Source: Hypanus sabinus
Lineage: Eukaryota
NCBI RefSeq assembly: GCF_030144855.1
Contig: NC_082714.1
Coordinates: forward strand, 48,546,001 to 48,610,000
Reading direction: 5' to 3'
DNA: 64,000 bases
The notes under the pieces are model-generated. The model had not been told where the DNA came from and searched no databases. It saw only the letters and a list, made by a program, of their open reading frames with translations. Positions 53,801 to 64,000 of this stretch are shown here, in pieces. The number at the start of each line of letters is the position of its first letter. Positions within the stretch are counted from its first letter, which is position 1. The position numbers and the translations under genes are program-made.

Positions 53801-56212
53801 TTGAATTTTAGACAGTTGCCAGCAGAAAGGGTAGAGTGAGATTCTGGAGAATACTGTGACAAAGGCCAAAGAAATATCTCCAATCTTCTCAACATGTCAG
53901 GATGTGTTTTTTAATTTCAGTAACTGTCCAAAAATATGGATTTCACCCAGACTCACACAGTGGGCAAGAAAAAAATTCCATCATTTCCAATTGGGTCAAC
54001 TAACAAATTGTTCTTCTGATAATTATGTTGCCTTCAAATTTTGTGACAAATCAGGGGAGAAAGGATTGATCTGCCTTGAATATATAATCCAATTGAATAA
54101 TCTCATGCCCCAATATAGCTAATTTTATGTACTCCTGATATTAATATCAATAAAAAATCAAAACAAATGTCGAAGAGAGAATGACAAAGTCATCTGTCAG
54201 AAATATGAAAAACAATAAAAATCACAATGTACCAAACCTACCAATAAATGTTTGAAGTAAATTTCTACTGATTTCATAGTAGAAATTAGACAAGACATCT
54301 CACAACTGAGAGTCAATGGAGGATTCCTGAGAAATAGCGGTGAAGTGTGGGGTCAGTGTTGCTGGGGAAGCTAACAGTGTGTTCTAGTAAAGACTAAATG
54401 TTGTCTTATCCAGTGAGTGTGTTTGGCAGGAGTTCTGTCCACTAGCTGATAGGAGGCAGTAGAATATATAAAGGCTTCAGACAAAGTTAAAGTTTCTTAG
54501 TATATGATCTTTAACCTAATTCTCTGTCCCCTGTTGTATAGGTAGTATAGGTAGTATTTATCTGACAAAGATATTTCCATGAGTTGCCATTCCTTCTAAC
54601 CTTCCCTGTTCTGATGAGGTGGAGCGTTCTGTCCTTGGCAAGGCCTTAACTTTGTCCCCCTCCACCCGCACTTCAGTCAGTTCCATAATGGCCTCAATGC
54701 TGAGCTCTTCTTCTATTGCCCTTGTCTCCAAGCGCACTTCTTTGAGAAGAATTCCACAGGCTACTGCAAAAGATCGAAATAAGCTCCAGAGAGTTGTAAT
54801 CATAGTCATCTCAACATTCCTAAAAGTTTGAAATGATTGCTGCTAGTGATTAGAGGCTGTGACCACTATCCTTATGAGGTGAATTATCATGAATTTAACC
54901 TGAAGCTCTGGTGCCCAACCAGTGGTACTGCACCTTGTGAATATACAGTACTTCAATGCAACACACAACACAGACATTGACTAGGCACTTCCATCACCAT
55001 CATGGAGAGGGTCACAAATCTATGACACAAGGGATTACTGCTAGAATCTGCAGCAAAGAATCAAGTTGGAGGTAGAACTGCATCAAACAGCATTTGAAGA
55101 GGGAAATGGACAGTCAACGTTTCTATCAAGACCTTTATAAAAAAAGGTTTTTGGCCAAGTGTCTTGGATTTGGAAATGTTTGGTTCATGAGAGGCAGGGT
55201 GTCTGCTCCATCGATGGGTTAAGATAAAGTCAGATGTATGAGTATTACTGTGGAGTAAAGGGAACTACAGAGGCACATGAGGGGAGCTAGCCAAAGTAGA
55301 CTGAAAGGGGATAATAGCAGCATAGCAATGACCGTGGGAAATTCAGAAGGCACAGGACAGACACACCTCAAAGATGAAGAGTGTTCTAAAGGGAGGATGA
55401 AGCAACTGTGGCCAACAAAGGAAGTCAAAGTTAGAATAAAAGGAATAGAGAGAGCATATTATCAAGAAAAAAGTAATGGGAAATTAGAGAATTGGAAAGC
55501 TTTTAAAAACCAACAGAAGGCAACTAAAAAGCCATTGAGAAAAGATAAAAATCTGAAGGTAAGTTGGCCAATAATATAAAAGAGGATACCAAAAGTTTTT
55601 TCAGATATATAAAAAGTAAAAGAGAAGCAAGAATAGATATTGGACTGTTGAAAATGATGATGGAGAGGTAGTTCTTGGGGCTAATAAATGACAGGAGAAC
55701 TTAATAAGAGTTTCATGTCACTCTTAACCATGGAAAACATTAGGCAGAAATTTGAAATCAATGGAAAAAAGTTTAGCTGTATTTGTCAATGTACATCAAA
55801 ACATACAGTGAAATATGTCATTCACAACAAATCAAATCAGTGAAGATTATCCTGGTCAGCTGAGAAACGTTGCCACACTTCTGGCAGCAATATCACATGC
55901 CCATAATTGAGTAACTCCTAAAACTTGGGTTTTGAATGTTAGAGGTAGTCAGAAGACCTGGAGAAAATGCACACAGTGATGGGGAGAAAAAACAATCTTC
56001 TTGCAGGCAGTGCTGGGCAATCAGACCCTCATCTTACAGTTGCGGTTGTGAAGCAATTGCATTAATGTCTAAACTACCATGCCAACATATTTTATAGCAT
56101 ATTAAAAGCAGTCTTAAAACCAAAGCACTTCTTTGCACATATGAAGCACTGGCTTAATCACATATAACTCTGAAATGAGGAGCTTGTGATCTGTGACAAT
56201 GTGAGGTGATAT

Positions 56213-57070
56213 ATAGGCCAGTTAGAAGGGTAGGCTGAACGATGGCAGATGGAGTTTAATGCTTATAAGTGTGAGGTGCTACATTTTGTTAGGACTAATC
56301 AAAATAGGACATACATGGTAAATGGTAGGGCATTGAGGAATGCAGTAGAACAGAGTGATCTAGGAATAATGGTGCATATTTCCCTGAAGGTGGAATCTCA
56401 TGTGGATAGGGTGGTGAAGAAAGCTTTTGGTATGCTGGCCTTTATAAATCAGAGCATTGAGTATAGGAGTTGGGATGTAATGTTAAAATTGTACAAGGCA
56501 TTGGTAAGGCCAAATTTGGAGTATTGTGTACAGTTCTGGTCACCAAATTATAGGAAAGATGTCAACAAAATAGAGAGTGTACAGGAGGATTTACTAGAAT
56601 GTTACCTGGGTTTCAGCACCTAAGTTACAGAGAAAAGATGAACAAGTTAGGTCTTTATTCTTTGGAGCGTAGAAGGTTGAGGGGGGACTTGATAGAGGTA
56701 CCTAAAATTATGAGTGGGATAGATAGAGTTGACATTGATAGGCTTTTTCCATTGAGAGTAGGGGAGAGTCAAACAAGAGGACATGAGTTGAGAGTTAAGG
56801 GGCAAAAGTTTAGGGTTAACATGAGGGGGAATTTCTTTACTCAGAGAGTGGTAGCTGTGTGGAACAAGCTTCCAGTAGAAGTGGTAGACAAAAGTTCGAT
56901 ATTGTCATTTAAAGTAAAATTGGATAGGTATATGGACAGGAAAGGACTGGAGGGTTATGGGCTGAGTTCAGGCCACTGGGACTAGGTGAGTGTAAGCGTC
57001 GGCATGGACTAGAAGGGCCGAGATGGCCTGTTTCCATGCTGTAATTGTTATATGGTTATATAGTTATATG
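56213..57070 (+). mobile_element. 5'-truncated CR1 LINE
   Basis: MEFN..KCEVLH, LVRPNLEYCVQFWSP and FFTQRVV.VWN.LP; TTATA(T/G)G-type tail; candidate TSD TGATAT (56207-56212, 57069-57074); absent at the paralogous site near 29765. Confidence 0.93.
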
Positions 57071-59107
57071 ATATCTATTAATATACGAACGTTTGTAGAT
57101 ATCAGTGGTTTCTGCAGCAGAGAGCACCTTCCCTCTGCTACAGCTTGTGAGGAAACACTGTACAACGGTGATCACAAGATAGGATTTATCTTCCTATAGA
57201 TTAGGGGACCAGCTTATGAAGAGTGATCCCGGAGAAAGAACCACAATTGCAACTCCTCCATTCTCAGAACTTAGAGCTGAATATAAGGGATGGATGTGTG
57301 ATGTAGAGTCTAGAGTTGAACTCCCACACTTTGGAAATAAATGTACCAACTTTGCTCCATCTCTATATCACACCTGTTACACATATCTAATATAATTGAA
57401 CTTCACAATAACCCGTATCTCCTTAATAATGATTGGGTGTATTTATAGGTCCAGTGTTGGAGTAGAAACTGAATATGTTTAAGGTTGATGTTTAGGAAGA
57501 AGCACAAGATCCAAATCCAATGGTGCATGTTGGAATTATTGTTACGTGTAGTCAGATACAGGAAGACATGCTCAGAGCTGTAGATTGCCATGGTTGTGGT
57601 CAATATAAACATGGGATGACTGGAGCATTCTGTAAATGTGTGTTTGATGGTTGGTGTGAGCTAAGTACCAATTTTCATGACATTAATAAACTTAACTAGA
57701 GAAAACAGGTAATAAATATTGCAACAGCAGATCAGAGAGTGTGAAGTTAGGGTAGCTGGATGCAAATCTAATAAACAATTGTTTTACTTACTCAAAATTC
57801 CAATGAAATTGTTCTGAGGGTGTGGGGGATGGTTTAGGGGTGCTCACAACTCACTCTGGTAATAGATGTAAGGATCTGTAAGAATTTTCTCAATTGTTCA
57901 AGCTGGTCTCCAGTCACTGTGCATTCCAGCGGTCTTTAACTCTCAGACCATTTCACATTTCAACTCAAGGTATATTCACCCACCTGCTCCTTCACATGTC
58001 CAGCTGCACAGGTCTGGGAGAATGGAGCCCTCTGACAGAGACTTCCCACAAGAAGAATCTGTGTTGCCATTCTCTGCTTGTGCCTTTTTGCTGAATCATC
58101 AGTCTAAAAGGTCTTTCCAAGACTCTTAAATCCTCCCCTTCATTGCTTTTGAGAGAGTTTGAAGAAGTGACTCTTTGCAGATAGTGAGAAGCACTGAGCC
58201 AATGGGGTAATCAACTCTGACTAAGGTGACTTTGTCTCATCGGAGATATTACCTCTGAGTCACATGTCATCTTCTCTTCTGAGGATAATATCCTGTTCGT
58301 CTCCAAGCCTTCTTTGCCCACTGGGAAGAGGTGAGACTTCTCCAGGTGTCCTCCACCAATCCTCACTCTTCTCCACTCAATGGATATTGTTTCACTCAGG
58401 CAGAGCCATCAGCAGTGGAATTGCCAGGCATTCATGCAACATGCAGGTCATTCTGTTTACAATTGTGTGATGAAGAATGGGTGAAACTATGACAGAACGT
58501 CGAATGCAGTGAGAAGTGGGCTGTGGCCAGTGATGTCTTGGAAATGAGAAAGAGGGTGTGGGGGGAACTGATTATGAAAGGATGAATGTGTAATCAGATC
58601 ATGAACGCTGTTCACACTGATGTGAAGTCCTTAGGTCACACTTGGAATATTATAAGCAGTTCTGGTCACTGCACTGGAAGCTATAGAAGCTTTGAAGAGG
58701 ATGCAGAAGAGGTTCACAATACTGTTGGCAGGAAGTAGATAAAGAGAGAAGTTGGAAGAACTTGTTGGAGCCAGAGTGTGACCTGAGAAGTAGATAAAAC
58801 TGAGATTTGCAGACAGAGTGCAAAACCCAGGATGGCAATGTCAAATACTAGGGAGCTTAGCTTTCACAGAGGAAGTGAGAGCTTAGAGCAGATTTACAAG
58901 GTAGGGTGTTTTTATAGTGAATGGTAGATGTCTAGTGTGCGCTAACAGGGGTAGTAGTGGAAGAAGATGTAGTAACAAAGTCGAAGAGGCACTTAGACAG
59001 GTATTTGAACAGAGTGGGAATGAGGAGAAAATGTACATAGTGAGATGGGTTTAGTATAAATCAGCATCATGGTGAGCATCAACATTGTGGGACAAAAGTC
59101 CGGCTCT

Positions 59108-60065
59108 TGTGCTGTAGAAGGTACATAATAGAGAGTGATGGGTGCCTAGTGTAGGGGGTGCTGTAGAGGGTACAAGAGAGGGAGTGATGGGTGCCTAATG
59201 TAGAGGGTGCATAAGAGAGAGTGATGGGTGCCTAGTGTAGGGGGTGCTGTAGAGGGTATCAGAGAGGGAGTGATGGGTGCCTAATGTAGAGGGTGCATAA
59301 GAGAGAGTGATGGGTGCCTAGTGTAGAGGGTGCTGTAGAGGGTACAAGAGAGGGAGTGATGGGTGCCTAGTGTAGAGGGTGCTGTAGAGGGTACAAGAGA
59401 GAGAGAGAGTGATGGGTGCCTAGCGTAGAGGGTGCCTGTAGAGGGTACAAGAGAGAGAGTGATGGGTGCCTAGTGTAGAGGGTGCCTGTAGAGGGTACAA
59501 GAGAGAGAGTGATGGGTGCCTAGTGTAGAGGGTGCCTGTAGAGGGTATCAGAGAGGGAGTGATGGGTGCCTAATGTAGAGGGTGCATAAGAGAGAGTGAT
59601 GGGTGCCTAGTGTAGAGGGTGCTGTAGAGGGTACAAGAGAGGGAGTGATGGGTGCCTAGTGTAGAGGGTGCTGTAGAGGGTACAAGAGAGAGAGAGAGTG
59701 ATGGGTGCCTAGCATAGAGGGTGCCTGTAGAGGGTACAACAGAGAGAGTGATGGGTACCTAGTGTAGAGGGTGCCTGTAGAGGGTATCAGAGAGGGAGTG
59801 ATGGGTGCCTAATGTAGAGGGTGCCTGTAGGGGGTACAAGAGAGGGAGTGATGGGTGCCTAGTGTAGAGGGTGCCTGTAGAGGGTATCAAAGAGGGAGTG
59901 ATGGGTGCCTAGTGTAGTGCGTGCTGTGGAGGGTACAAGAGAGGGAGTGATGGGTGCCTAATGTAGAGGGTGCCTGTAGAGGGTATCAAAGAGGGAGTGA
60001 TGGGTGCCTAGTGTAGTGCGTGCTGTGGAGGGTACAACAGAGAGAGTGATGGGTGCCTAGTGTGT
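59108..60065 (+). repeat. G-rich minisatellite with a variable unit of about 36-52 bp
   Basis: Repeats of GTGATGGGTGCCTAGTGTAGAGGGTGC(C)TGTAGAGGGTACAAGAGAG(A/G)GA with variant shorter units. Confidence 0.95.
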
Positions 60066-60911
60066 GTTGTCAGAGGGAGCAGTAGAAGCAGATATGACAG
60101 CAAAGTCAAAAGGGCATTTAGACACGTATTCGAACGGGCAGAGAATGGAAAGACATAAAGCATGTGCAGGTAGATGGGATAAGTTAAAATCAGCATCATG
60201 GTGAGCATCGACATTGTGGGCCAATTATTTAAGAGAAGCGTAGGTGTTACCCCCGTCATCAAATTTCTTTTAAAGATGGCTCACTGATAAATGTCATTGC
60301 TTCTTCTGGGCAATCACTTACAATCAATCCAAACTATATGGTACAAAAATGGACGAATATTAGATGGTGGCGGGAGAATCAGAGAACTGTTAATGGACGT
60401 GTGGGAGGATGGGTACAGAAAATGTAATGGTTTGGTAATTGTTCTGAATGGCCTGGTACCTTTTTATGAAATACAAGAAATATGTGAGAAATTAGTTCCT
60501 TCTTTTCCCCAAAGTACCGCAGTTGTTATTTCTAAACTACTCAGCAGATGAAAAATTCTTTGACCTGTTCTGTCCTGAGACACTGAAAGTTCCTACCGCA
60601 CAATGTCTGTTTTTAACACCAAACCGTTGTTTAAGTCATAGATCTTTTAATTTTCATTCTCTGGAAATGAACAATTTAGCCCTTATTATGAGTGAAATGT
60701 TGTTTCTCTATTGAAGTAAGAGGAATGCTTACAGACATTTTCCAAGTGTTGAACAAAATTACCATACAAAGAGGAATATTGTGCCACTTTATGTTAGCAT
60801 GACTTGAAACTGATGTTACACAAGTCCTTTAAGCAAACAACACATTGTAGTTACTGATAATACATGTTTTCATTGCATTTCTGAAGGTGGTGGAGGTTGC
60901 AGGTTATAGAT

Positions 60912-62266
60912 TTAATGGTAGTTGTTGGAGAGAGCTTCTGTCACCAGTTTAAAAAACTTGTAGGCAGCTTCATGTTCCTCTGGTCCGAATGCCGTTTTAT
61001 CACGAAGAGCGAGTTCAACAATGAAGGCCTGGCTGAGAAGCTGTGAAGAAAAACAATAATTATACAACATTGAAACAAAACTGGAAAGCAAAACTCAAAC
61101 CTCCAATGACTTCATACAGAACAGCCCAGTAGGAGGCCATTGTGTCCTCTGGGTCAGGGTCAATTCCCAGTGGTGCAAATACATTAAGCCCCACCTTTTT
61201 CCCTGTACACCGACGACATATTCCAGTCTCATGTCCCCATCAAAGCCCTTCTGACTCTTTTTGCCAAACAGTAGCTAATTAACCTGGAGCACAGCAAACT
61301 TGAGCGAACTCTCTGCAGACAGCAGCCAATATGAAGATTGTATCTGTCTCTGGAGCAGGGAAGTAGAAAAAAATCTGCATCTGTCGGATGATGAATAAAA
61401 GGAACTTGAAATCAACTTGTGGTCCTGTGCAATTCTGTCTAACCTAGTGCATGGGTCGTTGAGTGAGCATCCAGTGTAAATAGCTCTCATTAAAGTGATT
61501 AAATTTTCTAACCTGTTCCCAGATCTAATTCATGAGGAAAACTAGGGGGCAAATTTTTCCACGGAAACCAGGTCTCCTCCTTTTTCTTGCAGTTAAGTCC
61601 ATGATGTTGGTTGCCGTGCTTTTTATGGCTCTGTAATTAGGAAATACTTATAGCACCCCTTTAGTGAAAGTGAGCACATCATAAAAAGATTAGTTTGTAC
61701 CTTGAAGTTTTGAGTGTCCACTCCGATTTTTTGATGTTTACTGCTAAGTTCATAGAAATTGGTTTCAATACTGTTCAAATCTTTAATTGCAGTGTTTAGA
61801 GCCTTTAGCACTTTGCCTGCATGACTCTGAACACCAGGGTCACAGGCTGCAAAATGGCCATTGAAATTTTTAAACAGCCTGGTTGTCCAAGGATAGACTG
61901 CAAATACCCTAGAAAGAAAAAAGACAAAGTGTCCAGTTTATTTTGTGATATTCTTGAGCTTAAGTATTTCTCAAAGCTCATCATTGAGGAAATTTTTCTC
62001 AAATAGACTTACAGTGGGTTTGACTAGAACCTCAGCACAGTGTTGAATACTAGTTCCCTCACCCTGTAGCAACATCTAGGCAAGCATAGAAAATTAAATA
62101 ACTTGCACTGGAACCATAGTCAAAAATACAGGGCGTGACTTAAATGTAAAACAAAAAATACATTTTCATCATACCTTGCCAAGGCTTGGGCAGTTATCAT
62201 TTGCTTATCCAATTGGTCCCATTTGTTCCTGATGTATTGTTCCTGAGCCTCTGTTAATTTCACCAT
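60912..62266 (-). CDS. hbb: Haemoglobin beta-like chain, copy 2 (exons 62266-62175, 61908-61701, 61040-60912; 142 aa)
   Basis: Spliced translation [142 protein letters not shown]. Same exon sizes and splice sites as copy 1; 11 amino-acid differences by manual count, all in exons 1-2. Confidence 0.97.
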
Positions 62267-62336
62267 TTTGGTTGCTAAGCTCTCACAGTCACTGCTTGCA
62301 CAAGAAAGCTGTGTTGATCTGGAGCTTTGACTTAAC

Positions 62337-62461
62337 TTTTATAGGCTGCAAAATGACTCATCTCAGACTTACACTCAACTGTAATAGGCAGAGTACTTGG
62401 TGGGCTGGACACACTTTCCAAAGTTGGGCAGCAATCCTTCTGTGTTTGAATGTTAAGATAA
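62337..62461 (-). promoter_or_regulatory. Proximal promoter of beta copy 2
   Basis: CTATAAAA (62337-62344, minus), AP-1/NF-E2-type core TGACTCA (62354-62360) and AGATAA (62456-62461). Confidence 0.65.
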
Positions 62462-62624
62462 ACACTTGCTGAGAAATTCCTTGTCTGAACTTCGCTCTGC
62501 CTGTCCAATGCACAGAATCATTCTCCAATTTCATTGAATATTAAATTTAATACATTCATAATCAAATTTTGGAGCTCTCTCCTTGTTAATTGAACACAAC
62601 TCTGACACTTCACTTTGCCGATTA

Positions 62625-63145
62625 TTGCTGGAGTATGATATTCAATTCTGGTCGCTCATCATTGGAAGGATGTGGAGGCCATGGGGAGGGTTCAGAAGAA
62701 CTTTACCGGTGTGCTGGCTGGATTGGAGAGAACGTGCTATAAGGACAGTGGGCAGATGAGAGTTGTTTTCACTGGAGTGGGAGAGGGATGACATGACAGA
62801 AATTTATAAAATTATGAGATGCATCGATAGAGTTGACAGCCAGTGTCTTTTTTCCTAGGGTTGAAATGTCCACTACAGGAGGGCTGCATTAATGGTAAGA
62901 GGGGGACATTCAAAGGAAATATATGGGATAAGTTTTTTTTTAATAGGGAGGTTGGTGTTGGTGCTGTATTACCATGGTTGGTAGTGGAGGTAGATACAAT
63001 AGAGATGTTGAAGAGGCTTCCAAAAAGACACATAAAATGTACAGAGAATGAGGGACATGGATCACATGCAGACAGAATAGATGAGATATCGCTACTTAGT
63101 TTGGCTGAAGGGCTTTTTCTGGTCCTACATTGTTCTAGGTTCTAA
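62625..63145 (+). mobile_element. Old CR1 3' fragment upstream of beta copy 2 (paralogue at 33575-33910)
   Basis: Decayed LEY..QFWS, YKIMR..DRVD and FF..RV..motifs. Confidence 0.7.
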
Positions 63146-64000
63146 AGCCTTAGTGAAATAACAGCTATGTTATTCACACAATTTTGATCTTTGCTCTGTG
63201 TGTGTATGCAAAGTTTCAAAGGACTGGTCAGAATATCAGATGTGGATAAAATCATACAGCAATAATAAATCAATATGCTAATTTACCAATTTAGTTTAGA
63301 GAATGTTGGAAATTCTCAGGAAGTCAGGTCACGTCTGTGAGATTTCTTCTTTCTCACCCACAGGTCCAACCTGACCTGTTGAGAAATTCCAGCATTTTGT
63401 TTGTGACGTTTCCAGCATTTGCAAGTGTTTTTGATTGTCAGATATGAGGGTGCTTACCACTGATAGTACAATATTCAAATACATTTTCTACTCAGTAAGT
63501 GAAGTAGCCCATGTCTTGACACAAGCCTTACACTTCATTCTGCCATAAGCAGCCGGTAACATTCACATTACCGAAGTGCCAGGTACAACATCTCCAACAA
63601 GATGTCATGTAGGATTTTGTCCTTGTGTTCAAAATCATTAGTAATACAAAGACTCTGACCATTAACATCCCGGGAGTCGCAACTGACCAAATAGTGAACT
63701 GGATCAGGAAGAGAACTACTTTAGAATCATGAGCTGGTCAGACCCTCACTGTGCAATGGCAAGGCACTTACCTATGCCACAGCAGAAACTTCCCAACTTC
63801 CAATGGTACTATCCTTCAATCTAATGGATTACTCACCCAGTTGCCTGAATAAGGGCATCTCCGTCAGCACTCAAGAAACTCAGCGTCATCCACTTTGCGC
63901 AGCAGGTTGCTATCAGTTGTCCAACCTTGTCCTCTTCAACCACTGCAGCCAATTTTGCACAAAGAAGTCCACACACCTGCTCTGCTTCTTTTTTGTTCTT

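Larger units (their letters stand above)
48180..64000 (+). repeat. Segmental duplication, copy B (contains beta copy 2; continues past the window edge)
   Basis: Same block order and orientation as copy A; homology persists to the last bases of the window (63930-63990 ~ 34690-34760). Confidence 0.9.

Noticed and set aside
57880-58480. Possible exon or enhancer in sequence unique to copy B
   Set aside because: No sustained reading frame or recognisable homology; only isolated short motifs.

Overview
Vertebrate genomic DNA, most likely from a batoid ray (cartilaginous fish), containing part of a haemoglobin gene cluster in a dense field of transposable elements. Three intact three-exon globin genes lie head-to-tail on the minus strand: beta-like (62266..60912), alpha-like (42519..41677) and beta-like (32380..31123). 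Each encodes 142 aa including Met and has GT-AG introns at the canonical globin positions. The two beta genes sit in the two copies of an old tandem segmental duplication (about 12.3-34.8 kb versus 48.2-64.0 kb, running off the right edge), so one copy shows the empty site of insertions in the other. Mobile elements include a full-length L1 with a 17-bp TSD, an L1/Tx1 interrupted by a deleted BEL/Pao LTR element, a solo LTR, a hAT/Buster transposon inside a CR1, a palindromic mariner MITE, many CR1 and Rex-type fragments, and three tandem arrays. There is a 142-N assembly gap. I found no convincing evidence of a wholly new biological system. The best leads are the duplicated globin cassette, probable gene conversion of beta exon 3, divergent promoter and poly(A) signals between the beta paralogues, and unusual globin residues. 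All alignments and counts were done by eye.
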